DNA of 56,311 nucleotides from positions 1-56,311 of IMG/VR virus record IMGVR_UViG_3300013763_000001. One strand, 5' to 3'. Each line of letters opens with the position of its first letter. Position 1 is the first letter of the stretch. The position numbers were made by a program, and so were the translations under genes. This stretch comes from a virus. Its lineage: Duplodnaviria; Caudoviricetes. Below, piece by piece: positions 16,945-26,500 of the stretch. The notes under the pieces are model-generated. The model ran no database searches, was not told the origin of the DNA, and saw only the letters and a list, made by a program, of their open reading frames with translations.

Positions 16945-17829
16945 CTAACTTGCGTACCAGGTCTCTTGTGACGTGCCCGTCACGTCCCCTGCCCCAAGGC
17001 CGTTTCCCTTGGTGACAACAGCAATGGCCGCCGTGTCTACCTCGGTGGACGTGCCGTTGAACTCCAGCGGCGCAAGGCCGCTGATGCTCAGCGTGGCGGA
17101 CCAGGTTTGGGCACTCGCACCAGTCTTGATGACCGTCGCCTCGACGCGATAGGCCAGGCCGCTGGCGGTACCGGTGTAGATCGCCATCTGCGTGCTGCCG
17201 AAATACGCCACGATCGTCTTGCTGTTGGCATTGGCAGCCAGAGTGCCACAGGACTTGATGCGGATCGCCTTCCCCGCCACATCCAACCCATTTGCCGGGA
17301 AGGCGTAGGTGAACAGGGTCGTCAGCACGCCGGCGGTGTTGCCGACCGGCGCGTACTGGATGTTGGCGACACCAATGCCGGAACAGAACTGTCCTGCACC
17401 ACCCATGATGATGTTCAGTTGCCCGTTTGCATTTAGGTTCGCGGCACTGATATTGCCACCGCTCAAGACGTTTCCGTACTTGTCTATAGTGAAGCTACTG
17501 ACCGTAAAGCCGCCGCCCGCCCCGTTCTGCACCAGCGTCAGCGCCGGGTTGGCGTCGTTGGCGGTGAGCCGGCGTATGACGCCTTGCCAGGAGCCGTTCA
17601 TGTACGCCCACAACTGGCCGGTGGTGCTGTCCAACACCAGCGGCGCATACCCGGTTGCCGCTGTCGGCACGCCGGTCGGTACGCCGGCCATCACCGGGAT
17701 GTACACGTAGCCGGTCGTGGCTGACGTTGCCGGCGACGGCGCACCCAGCGCCTTGCCGGGCAGCGTGGCCGCTGTGGATGGGTCCTCAGTGTGCTGCACA
17801 CCGTCTACCGGGCTGATATAGAGCGCCAT
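16945..17829 (-). CDS. tail fibre/spike-like protein
   Basis: G/T/A-rich; GYVYIP..AGVPTGVP...G.APLVLDST..QLWAY.NGSW fibre-type segment. Confidence 0.7.
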   Translation of the reverse strand: MALYISPVDGVQHTEDPSTAATLPGKALGAPSPATSATTGYVYIPVMAGVPTGVPTAATGYAPLVLDSTTGQLWAYMNGSWQGVIRRLTANDANPALTLVQNGAGGGFTVSSFTIDKYGNVLSGGNISAANLNANGQLNIIMGGAGQFCSGIGVANIQYAPVGNTAGVLTTLFTYAFPANGLDVAGKAIRIKSCGTLAANANSKTIVAYFGSTQMAIYTGTASGLAYRVEATVIKTGASAQTWSATLSISGLAPLEFNGTSTEVDTAAIAVVTKGNGLGAGDVTGTSQETWYAS

Positions 17830-17837
17830 CGTCTCCC

Positions 17838-19010
17838 CTACAGGATGGTTTCGAGCAGCGCGGCGATGTCCGCGTGGCCGGCGTTCGTCGGATGGTTCGC
17901 CTTGGTGATGTCGATCAGGCCGTTTGTAGACGGGTACATCCCCCACTTCTGGGAAAAATCCGCCACCCCGCAGCCGCGCAAGGCCGCCACGTCATAGACG
18001 GCCTTGCAGTACAGCGACCATGCCTGCCCTGTTGCCTCATTGCCGCCAGCGTCGCTGCTCACACCATCGCCCAGCGAATGGATCACGAACAGCACGCTGC
18101 ACTGCCCCTGGCCGCGCTGGAATGCCCGTACCATCCGGTCTAGCCCTGCCTGGTACTGCTCCAGCGGCTTGCCGTTGCCGACATCATTGAGGCCGAAGCT
18201 GATGATGGCGAGTGATGGCTGCGTGGGGAAGCCAAAGCCGGTTGGCGTGCCGGAGGCCGTCCATCCCTGCCAGAGGATGATCCGGTCGGCAGGCTGCCCG
18301 GCAGTGCCGACGTGATTCGCTACCTGATCGCCACCGACCGCGCAGTTGGCGAATGCCAGCCCGGGCCCGCCGCTCGTCTTGATCGTCTGCACGCCCTGCA
18401 CGCACAGGACGTTGCCGGCAGACTGCGCGGTGAAATGGATGGTATGGGCAGTGTTGGCAAGGCCGGCCAGCCCTGCCGTCGTCAGTTTGAGTTGCCCGCT
18501 GCCGGCGCAGGTAATGGTCTGGGCAGCACCGCCGTCAACGTTGTAACTGAAGGTGCCGATCGCATAGTCATAGTAGATAATGGCGAGCGTCGTACAGGCA
18601 TAGGGTGTGGTGAAGGTCAGCAGGTCACTCACGGTTGCCGCCGCCGGCCACGTCGATGTCCAGGTCAGCCCCCAGAGCTGCCACAGTTGATTGGCCGCCG
18701 CGCCGGAGTTAATCACCCACGGCGCCGTTCCGGCCCAGGTGTTTGTGTAGCCGAAAAAGGCGCAGTTTGTCGTCGGCCAATAGTCGGCGTAGAGGCCGTA
18801 GCCACGCGCCAGGATGTTCGCGCGCAACAGCCCCCACCAGCCGAGGTTGAGATAGTCGGTCGCAACCATGCCCTCGGTGAAAGAGTCTCCGAGCGCGGTC
18901 ATCCAGTAGGTGCTGCTGCCACTCGCCGCTTTGGCGTTGCGCCAGGCGGTGTCCCAGCTGCCAGGCAGCGACAGGTTGGCGTAGCTCGGCGGCGGTGTGA
19001 AGAGTGGCAT
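17838..19010 (-). CDS. SGNH/GDSL hydrolase-domain virion protein
   Basis: LGDSFTEG; N.AVGG; ISFGLND; HPTNAGH. Confidence 0.85.
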   Translation of the reverse strand: MPLFTPPPSYANLSLPGSWDTAWRNAKAASGSSTYWMTALGDSFTEGMVATDYLNLGWWGLLRANILARGYGLYADYWPTTNCAFFGYTNTWAGTAPWVINSGAAANQLWQLWGLTWTSTWPAAATVSDLLTFTTPYACTTLAIIYYDYAIGTFSYNVDGGAAQTITCAGSGQLKLTTAGLAGLANTAHTIHFTAQSAGNVLCVQGVQTIKTSGGPGLAFANCAVGGDQVANHVGTAGQPADRIILWQGWTASGTPTGFGFPTQPSLAIISFGLNDVGNGKPLEQYQAGLDRMVRAFQRGQGQCSVLFVIHSLGDGVSSDAGGNEATGQAWSLYCKAVYDVAALRGCGVADFSQKWGMYPSTNGLIDITKANHPTNAGHADIAALLETIL

Positions 19011-19747
19011 TATTGGAACGCCTTCAGGACGATGCCGCCAGCAGTTGCTCCGTCCACGCTGCTCGCTAGCGTCGAGTAGAGATGCACGTCGGTCCCCTCC
19101 CACCAGAATTCCAGGTAACTGCCCACGCCACCGCTCGCAGGCGGCAGGCAGAGACTGCCCGGTGATGCCGGCGTGCCAAACTCAACGTAGAGCGCAACCG
19201 TGGTGTTGTTCTGGAGGATGAACCGGTGCGCAGTGGACGCGAATCGGTAGAGCGTGTCGGCGCTGGCGGTCAGCGCCGCCGGAAAGCCCACGCCTGCTCC
19301 GACAGCAACAGAGCCAAGGGAGGACGGCACCCGATTATTGATGAAAGTCAGCGCATTACCGGCAGTGTCCGTCGGCGCGGTCTTCAGGGTCTTGTTAGCA
19401 TCGACGCGCAGTCGGTCCCAGGACGTGCCGTTGAAACCGAACAGGTAGCCGAGGGTGATGAGACCTTGCGCGGTCGCACCCTGACCGTCAGTACTCGCCT
19501 GTGTGCCGTTGACGGCGCCGCCGCCCGCCCAGATTGCGGTTTTGAGGTTGCCGCTCCCATCCACGTTGAGCGGGTTCCCGGCGGCATCCAGTGGCATCGT
19601 CGCCAAGGCTGCTGTCGCCGCGCTGCCGGGCCCGTTCGTCGCGCCGTTGCGGCCTTGCCACAGCGCCCAGCGGCCGTTCGCGGTATCCCACAATCCCAGG
19701 TACGGGTTATTTGCCCCGTCCTGCGGCAGGTTAACGCTCAGCGCCAT
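19010..19747 (-). CDS. putative tail/baseplate-associated protein
   Basis: G/A/T-rich; FNGTSWDRLR segment; position in the tail module. Confidence 0.65.
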   Translation of the reverse strand: MALSVNLPQDGANNPYLGLWDTANGRWALWQGRNGATNGPGSAATAALATMPLDAAGNPLNVDGSGNLKTAIWAGGGAVNGTQASTDGQGATAQGLITLGYLFGFNGTSWDRLRVDANKTLKTAPTDTAGNALTFINNRVPSSLGSVAVGAGVGFPAALTASADTLYRFASTAHRFILQNNTTVALYVEFGTPASPGSLCLPPASGGVGSYLEFWWEGTDVHLYSTLASSVDGATAGGIVLKAFQ

Positions 19748-19970
19748 GTGTCGCATCCTCCGGGACAGACGGCGCTACCGTCTGATCGTGCGCTTCCTTT
19801 GCTGCCAGCAGCGCATCGTGCGTACTGGATCGCAAGATCGCCTGTGGTTCTGGTCGCCCGAAGATGATCATCTCAGCACCGGCCAGGACGGGGGCCAGTC
19901 CCTCACTCGCCAGCGCCAGCACGTTGGCTGCCGTCCAGTCGCGGCGCAAGAGCACGTAGGTCTCGGTCAT
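19731..19970 (-). CDS. hypothetical protein
   Basis: ATGA-coupled ORF. Confidence 0.5.
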   Translation of the reverse strand: MTETYVLLRRDWTAANVLALASEGLAPVLAGAEMIIFGRPEPQAILRSSTHDALLAAKEAHDQTVAPSVPEDATHGAER

Positions 19971-20188
19971 GCGGTCCTCCGGCAGCGTAGCCCGGGCACG
20001 TCGGAATGGTGCGGGAACGCCACTTTAGACGCGAACCTGCCGGGTAGCGGTGTGTCCAGCAACACCGTCACGTGTGCCGCCGACACCTCGGTAATCTTCC
20101 CTGTCGCGGTGCGCTCGCCGTCGTGCTCCACCCAGCCGCAATGCACAGCGTCGCCCACGGCAGGATCATCGTCAGTGACCGGATGCAT
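19967..20188 (-). CDS. hypothetical protein
   Basis: AAGGAG RBS before ATG 20188. Confidence 0.5.
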   Translation of the reverse strand: MHPVTDDDPAVGDAVHCGWVEHDGERTATGKITEVSAAHVTVLLDTPLPGRFASKVAFPHHSDVPGLRCRRTA

Positions 20189-20190
20189 GA

Positions 20191-20673
20191 CTAGGCTCCT
20201 TGCGCCATAATCGAAAAGTTCGTCATCGTCTGTGTGCCCGGATCGGTGTTCTCGAAAATGAACGTCGTCGCTGTGGTGCTGATAGCGGTCGGCTGCCACG
20301 TTGCGTTCGGATGGATTGCGCCGCCGTTCATGCAGCTCCCAGAGACGGCCGGGAGACTGGCGAAGGACCGCGCAAACGTCAGGGTGTAGCTCACCGTGCC
20401 CGAGCTGGCGACACTCACGCTGCCTTGCGCCGGGTACACCTCGGCGTGGGTCGCCGCTGCCGTGCCTTCAACGCACCGGTTGCCATTGGCCGTCACATTG
20501 CCGGTTGCCGCCATGACGCCGGCCACGCCGCCAGTCAGCGTGGTTGCGCCGGTCACGGCCAGCGTCCCGGCCAGCGCTACCGGGTTGTTGACCGCAGCGG
20601 TAAGTGTGTTCACAATTTGATTAACGTCAGCGGCCAGGATTCCCCCGCCGCTCGCTACCTGATAAAGCGCCAT
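20191..20673 (-). CDS. short tail-fibre-like protein (C-terminal H-type-lectin-like fold)
   Basis: ILAADVNQI N-terminus; G.V.V...TLTFARSFASLPAV...STTATTF. Confidence 0.65.
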   Translation of the reverse strand: MALYQVASGGGILAADVNQIVNTLTAAVNNPVALAGTLAVTGATTLTGGVAGVMAATGNVTANGNRCVEGTAAATHAEVYPAQGSVSVASSGTVSYTLTFARSFASLPAVSGSCMNGGAIHPNATWQPTAISTTATTFIFENTDPGTQTMTNFSIMAQGA

Positions 20674-20699
20674 GCGGTCCCTCTCAGCCGATAGTCAGA

Positions 20700-20787
20700 T
20701 GGTAAAATGAAGGCAGTTAATTGGTGTGGACCGGCGACGCTACCAACGTCCCGGTCCCGGCACAAACGTGATTGGAGCACGCTCATG
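20700..20787 (+). promoter_or_regulatory. HNH leader motif copy 3
   Basis: TGGTAAAAT 20700-20708; stem GGACCGG-C-GACG-loop-CGTC-CCGGTCC 20728-20757; CGTG-ATTGGAG-CACG-CTC-ATG 20785. Confidence 0.75.
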
Positions 20788-21438
20788 CGGAGCAATTCTA
20801 CCCCGTCGCCCAGAATGCGCCCATCGTTCGAGCGCATCTCGTGTACCTGCAATGCTTGCAACAAAGTATTTACGATTCACCCATCAGCAGCACGGAGAGG
20901 AGGAGGCGTGTACTGTTCCAGCAATTGCTATCACACAGGCCGCTATGAACATACCGCCGCTGAACGCTTCTGGGCACGTATTGACAAGACAGGAGAATGT
21001 TGGCTGTGGACGGGTAAAGCGCACTTGTCGTTTGGTTATGGACATCTGAGTTTTCACGGACGTACTACGTCCTCCCATCGAGTCGCTTGGGAACTAACAT
21101 ATGGTCCTATCCCAGACGGAATGACGGTAATGCATTCCGTCTGTGACAATCCGCCGTGTTGTCGTCCAGACCATCTGAAGTTAGGTACGAATGCCGATAA
21201 CCTTAAGGAAATGTGGGCAAAGGGGAGAGGGCATACCCCAATGATGGACGGTAGCTTCATTCGGCTCATTGGCTCTCAACACCCTCTATCGAAACTCACT
21301 GAAAGTGATGTCTGCGAAATGCGCCGCCTCTATGATACTAAGTTATGTACGGTCGCTGAGTTGGCGCGTCGGTACCCCATCTCGTACATGGTTGCAAAGA
21401 GAATCGTGTTTCGTCTATCTTGGAAGCATCTTCCGTGA
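20785..21438 (+). CDS. free-standing HNH homing endonuclease (antisense insert 3)
   Basis: CNACN...YCSSNC; RFWARID...CWLWTG...GYG...SHRVAW...CDNPPCCRPDHL.LGT..DN; SKLT tail. Confidence 0.92.
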   Translation: MRSNSTPSPRMRPSFERISCTCNACNKVFTIHPSAARRGGGVYCSSNCYHTGRYEHTAAERFWARIDKTGECWLWTGKAHLSFGYGHLSFHGRTTSSHRVAWELTYGPIPDGMTVMHSVCDNPPCCRPDHLKLGTNADNLKEMWAKGRGHTPMMDGSFIRLIGSQHPLSKLTESDVCEMRRLYDTKLCTVAELARRYPISYMVAKRIVFRLSWKHLP

Positions 21439-21439
21439 T

Positions 21440-21916
21440 CTACCCGATACTTATTTGGCATGCAAGAACAGCCGTCAGTAGGTTCGTCTTGACTTCGCTC
21501 ACGACCGTATGGCTCAGCAGGCTGCCGTTATTCACCGCGCTCGTTGCACCGAGGAACAGCCCCGCCTCTGTCCAGGTGCCGTTTGCCTGCGAGGTGCTGA
21601 AAAAGAAGGACATTGTCACGGCATTCGCCGCGCGGCTGTTTGTGCCCAGGAGCACCCTTGCCAGCTCCGTGCCGAGTTGCGTATCCGCCGCCGCCGGCGC
21701 AACCGCGCTCGTCCCCACCGCGCCATAGATGTTGGCCAGCGTCTGTGCAGGCGTTTCGACATTGAGCCATTGGGCGATATAGGCCTTGCCGTTGACACAA
21801 ATTGTGTTGCGATACTGGTGCTCGCTCACCAGTCGGCCGCTGCGTGCGTCAAACATGCGCGTCGTCCAGATACCGGTGACGCGGATGGTGTCCGCGACTG
21901 TGACTAGCCTATCCAT
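21440..21916 (-). CDS. tail-collar/baseplate-like structural protein
   Basis: N.I...G...IA...AVGT...P...DTQL..EL.R...ANGTWTEAGLF pattern. Confidence 0.7.
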   Translation of the reverse strand: MDRLVTVADTIRVTGIWTTRMFDARSGRLVSEHQYRNTICVNGKAYIAQWLNVETPAQTLANIYGAVGTSAVAPAAADTQLGTELARVLLGTNSRAANAVTMSFFFSTSQANGTWTEAGLFLGATSAVNNGSLLSHTVVSEVKTNLLTAVLACQISIG

Positions 21917-22148
21917 ATTGCGCCAGCCCCCAGATGGCATCAGCGGCGTTGTACAGGTAGTTTGGCGGTGTTGCCCGCGCCGTGACGGTCACGCTGTCCG
22001 TGATCACCACGTCGTCACTGCCGGTGGCCGGCGACGGCACAAAGTCGCTCAGTTGCTCTGCCGGGTTGTCCGGGACATCATCGCCGGTCGTGCTCATGAG
22101 TAACTTGAGCAAGTCGGGCGCATCCAGGACCCTTAGCGGCGTTGCCAT
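21909..22148 (-). CDS. small tail-associated protein
   Basis: ORF between tail genes ending YN...WG..QYG. Confidence 0.6.
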   Translation of the reverse strand: MATPLRVLDAPDLLKLLMSTTGDDVPDNPAEQLSDFVPSPATGSDDVVITDSVTVTARATPPNYLYNAADAIWGLAQYG

Positions 22149-22159
22149 CTATCTTCCTC

Positions 22160-23536
22160 TCACGCGAATGCGGCGAGTCGCAGCGAGTGCCGGTAGCCGC
22201 CGCCTGGCTGGCCGGTGATGGTGCAATCGGTGACGATCATTTGCGTATTGATGCCGAGCTGCGTATTCACCAGCGTCACGAGTTGCCCCGCGCCTAGGCT
22301 GCCCCGGTACGTGCGGTCAACGTCCACCGTCGCCGTCGCCAGCGGGTGCGCAAACTGACTCAGCATGGATCCCGCCCGTTGCGCCGCCTCACCGATGCTC
22401 TTGACGGTCGTATCCGTGACGTACTCTTCCCAGGTCGATGCATACTTGGCGATAGATCCCGCGTCCTTGATGCGCTGGAGGATCGGGAAATCGTAGACGT
22501 AGGTCGCCACGATTACTGCCGCACTGGCCGGCGCCACAGCAAAGCGCAGCGTTACCGTCTGGCTCTGCTGATCCAGCGACACCAGGCAGGCCGAGCCGCC
22601 AAAGCCGCCGCCGTTGTCTAGCGCGACGGTCTGATAGACGCCGCCGATGGCGACTTTGGTCAGACTAGCCCCGCCGGTCGCCGTCGTGTCCGGCGGGTAG
22701 CCGCCGCTCAGCGCCGTCGTGTCCGGGCTGTAGTCAAACAGGAAGCTGGTCTGCTGCCCATTGCCGACCCACGTCTGCGCGTAGGGATTGCTGATCGACG
22801 TGCCGCCGCGAAACGTAATCGAGTTGGCGAACTGTGATGCGTCCGTCTCGTACTCGAACGTGTCGCGCGCATAGTTGGCGTAGCCGGTCGCTCCCCCGGC
22901 CTGCGCGAACACCTCCGGCACGGTCGGGCTACGGACAGGACGGCCAAAGGTCGGTACGAGGTCAGTCAGTACCACATCCGCCGCCGGCACATGGTTCTGG
23001 TCAAAAAAGTGTAGGTCGCCGGACGGGTCGACGTCCCACATCAGATAGGCCGTGGTGTTGCTCAGGCGTACCAGTTTGTCGAACGCCTTCGCCAGCGTCA
23101 GGTGCGGCGCGTTGAACGTCGGCAGCACCGGCAGATTGGCCTGGACGTTGACCGTCGTGATGGCATGGCCCGGTGGAAAGCTCGCTAGGAGGTCCTTCGC
23201 AATGACATCGACGCCTTGATTTTGGTACTTTTTGTTCGCCAGCACATGGCTCAGATAGTAGGTGTAGTCCTGGCACTGCATCCGCCAGCGATTGGTGCTC
23301 GGACCATCAGATACTCGCTGCCCCAGCCGCGTCGCCACGCCACCGAACTTCACGTTGCCGAGCTCGTCAGTAATCGTCACCGCCTGGAGCGGCGAGTAGG
23401 TGCGTAGCAGCGACGGATCCAGGATGTCGAAACTCGCCGTGTCGCCGCGCCGGGTCAATACCTCAGTGATCGTCAGCGTGGACACGTCCACTAACGCCGA
23501 CACGTCCACGCCGGCGACCTTGACGGTCAGGCCCAT
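22160..23536 (-). CDS. minor tail (hub-like) protein
   Basis: Directly after the tape measure (TGATG); ASFDILD...FGG...CQDY...WDVDP.GDLHFF. Confidence 0.75.
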   Translation of the reverse strand: MGLTVKVAGVDVSALVDVSTLTITEVLTRRGDTASFDILDPSLLRTYSPLQAVTITDELGNVKFGGVATRLGQRVSDGPSTNRWRMQCQDYTYYLSHVLANKKYQNQGVDVIAKDLLASFPPGHAITTVNVQANLPVLPTFNAPHLTLAKAFDKLVRLSNTTAYLMWDVDPSGDLHFFDQNHVPAADVVLTDLVPTFGRPVRSPTVPEVFAQAGGATGYANYARDTFEYETDASQFANSITFRGGTSISNPYAQTWVGNGQQTSFLFDYSPDTTALSGGYPPDTTATGGASLTKVAIGGVYQTVALDNGGGFGGSACLVSLDQQSQTVTLRFAVAPASAAVIVATYVYDFPILQRIKDAGSIAKYASTWEEYVTDTTVKSIGEAAQRAGSMLSQFAHPLATATVDVDRTYRGSLGAGQLVTLVNTQLGINTQMIVTDCTITGQPGGGYRHSLRLAAFA

Positions 23537-26500
23537 CAGCGGATGAGGCTGATGCTGGCGCCGGTCTGGCGGACGATGACGCGACCGACCTTGCTTGCCA
23601 GCTCTTCGAGGTCGCGGTTGCTCAGCAGGTAGTTGCCGGTGATGTAGACGTTGACGGAGCCGGTTTTGCCGTCCGGTGAGACGTACTCACGTCCCTTCTC
23701 GCCAAAACTGTAACGCTGGCCGGATGCGCCGACGCCCATAATCGGCTCATTGATCCAACCGCCGTTGTAGAACGGCTGGACATAGCCGAGGTACGGCGCA
23801 TTGTTCGCCTGCTCATAGGCGCTCATGCTCATGGTGGTAACGCCCCACGGCGAATCTAAGGCGCTGGTGAACTGGCCGCCGCCGGCGTAGACGCCGACGT
23901 GCCCGTCTGCGCCATAGCCGAAATACACCAAATCGCCAACCTTATCCGGCATACCGGTCTGCTGGCCCTTGCCCCAGTTGCCCCAGGCGCCCCGCGCCGA
24001 GCCGCCCATATTGCCAACGCCGGAGACCCGTTCAGCGAATGCCTCACACCAGCCGTCATAGGACTGGTCGCCAGTCATGGCCTGCGCATTGGCAAGTATT
24101 TGCTGGCCGCGCGCGTCGTTGCTGCCGTCGTGCTGAGCAGGCCCACCGCCAGGCGCCGGGATACCACCGCCAGTGCCGCCGGCGTTGCCAGTCCCGTATT
24201 GCATGCCGGTCCCGCTCGCCGCCTGTGCAGCGTTGAGCGCAGTTTGCGCCGCCGCCTGGCCGTTGAGCGCACCGTTCATGGCGTCCAGAGCGCTCGTCAC
24301 GGCGTCAATCGCCGCCGTTTCGCTACCGCTCCAGGTATTGGCGTCATTCGCCATCTGTTGCAGTTGCTTTTGGTGCTCCCTCGCAACCGCATCAATGCCG
24401 TCCGTCTCATCTTTGTATGTAACATTCGCCGCAGCGGTCTGCTCCGTGTAGAGCTTGGCGCGCGCCGTCTCGCTCGCCGCGTACACGGCATCCTGCGCCG
24501 TCTTATCCGCCTGGAGTTTGGCAAGGTCCGCCGCCGCCTGTGCAGCATCAACGGAGCGCTTGTTATCCTCTGCCAGCTTGATCGCCGCGAGCTGCGCATC
24601 GTGCGCTCGTTTGGCGATGATGTCGTCACCGGCGATAATGGCGAGCGCTTGCTTATGGTTGAAGGTCGCCGTATCCTGCTTCTGCTGCTCGGTCACCTTG
24701 TATGCCGCGAGGTGCGCCGCCTGATCGTCCTTGTACGCCGCCAACTGCCCGCGCCACATCTCAATCTCAGCAGCGAACCAGGCATCGGAAGCGGCTTTCT
24801 TGTCGGCTTCCATCTCCTTGAACGCCGCAAGCTCGTCACCCATGCTCTGCTTCTGGGCGTTGGCCTGGTCCTGGATAGACGTCGCCTGACTCTGGAGCGC
24901 CGCCTCCTGCCGGTTGAGTTGGTCCTGTGCCATCATGTCGGCAAGGTTCTGGTCAATGCCGGAGAGCTTGGTCGCTATCGCCTCAGCGCCGGTGACGTTG
25001 CCGGCATCAAGCAAGTCGTGATACTGCCGCAGCAGCGCCTCCGCCGGCTTGCCTTCCTTGCCGCCAACCTGCTGCTCCTGCTTGCGGTAGTCGTACTCGC
25101 GTCGCAGCGCGTCTTCCTGGCCTTTGATCGCCGCCAGTTGCGCCTTGGTCGTCGCATCCAGGATGCGCACGTCCATGGTGTACTGGTTCTGCCGCGCCTG
25201 GATCTCCTCGGCGATGGTATTGTCGAACGCCTGCTTTTCGTTCTGAAGGTTCTGGATTGTGGCGTTGGTCGCGTCCGTTGCCGCCTCTACCCGCTGCCGC
25301 TCAGCGTTGGTCGCGTCCGTCACTTCCTGGTTGATATGGTCCGTGACGATGCTGTAGTAGGTATCAGCAGCGACCTTCTGTGCAGCGTAGCCGGCGACCA
25401 CGTCGTTGTAGCGGCTATTCTCCGACGCGGTAGCCGTCGCCGCCTCAATCTGGAGTTCTTTGTCATTGGCGACCTGCTGTTCCCGGCGCGCCTTGATCTC
25501 AGCATCCATAGCGTCGTTGTAGTTTTTGACTTCATCCGCCAACGCCATCTTGCTGGCGTCCGCGTTTGCCTGGATAGTTGCCAGCGCCGCGCTGTGCGAC
25601 TGCTCGGCCATGACCTTATCGGCAGCGGTCGCGGTTGCGAGTTGGTCAGTAACGGTGGAGATCGCGTCATGCCAGGCATCGACATTGGCCTTGGCAGTAT
25701 CCTTGACTAATTGCTTGATTGCCTCCGCCCGCGCCTTATCCTGCGCCGCGATCGCCTCGGCCTGCGTCGCCATAGATGCGCTCTGCTCATTGGCGGAGGC
25801 CATCGCGCCGGAGAGGCCGTCAGTGATTGCCATTTCCTCGGCTCTGGCAGCGCCGGCCGTAGCGTACATTTGGAGTTCTAGATTGTGCTGGACGCTCACA
25901 AGATTATCAGTAGATGTATCAACGCCTTCGAGTGCCGTGCCAATAGCGCCAGTCGAGATCACCCAATTTCGGAAAAATGCGGTCATCTGGAAGATTTTGT
26001 CGTTGAGCGCCTGAAATTCCTGGATGGTGCCGACGATGTCCGACAGCAACGCACCAAAGGCGTCGTTTAGCGGTCCGCCGAAGGCGATCGCCAGCGCTAA
26101 CGCCATGGCCTTGAGTTGGTCCATCTCGCCGGCAGTCGTCTGGAGATAGCGGTTGTAGTCATCCTGTCGTTTGGCAGCCGAGGCCGTGGCGTCATCAACC
26201 TGGCCGAGGATGGCCGTATAGTCGGTCAAACCGTTACCGGCCAGGATGGCAAGTCCGCGCCCACCTCGAAGCGAGTCGCCCAGGAGCATATTCTCAGCAA
26301 ATGCCGCCTCAGACGACATGCCCATTTTGTTCTCAGCATCGGTCAGATCAGCATAGATACCGGTCAGCCCCTTCGACGCGAGACCGGCGGAAGTAAAGTC
26401 CCCAACTAGGTCAACGCCGGTCAACTGCGAAACGCGCTTGAGCTCCGTTTCCACCTTCGGCGTGACTGTCGTCAGTCGAAGAAATTGGTCGGCCATCTGG

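Noticed and set aside
23899-25710. 603-aa plus-strand ORF and similar long antisense ORFs (28291..29421, 35078..36052, 53716..55032)
   Set aside because: They are shadows of GC3-rich minus-strand genes, Arg-rich, with no RBS or motifs.
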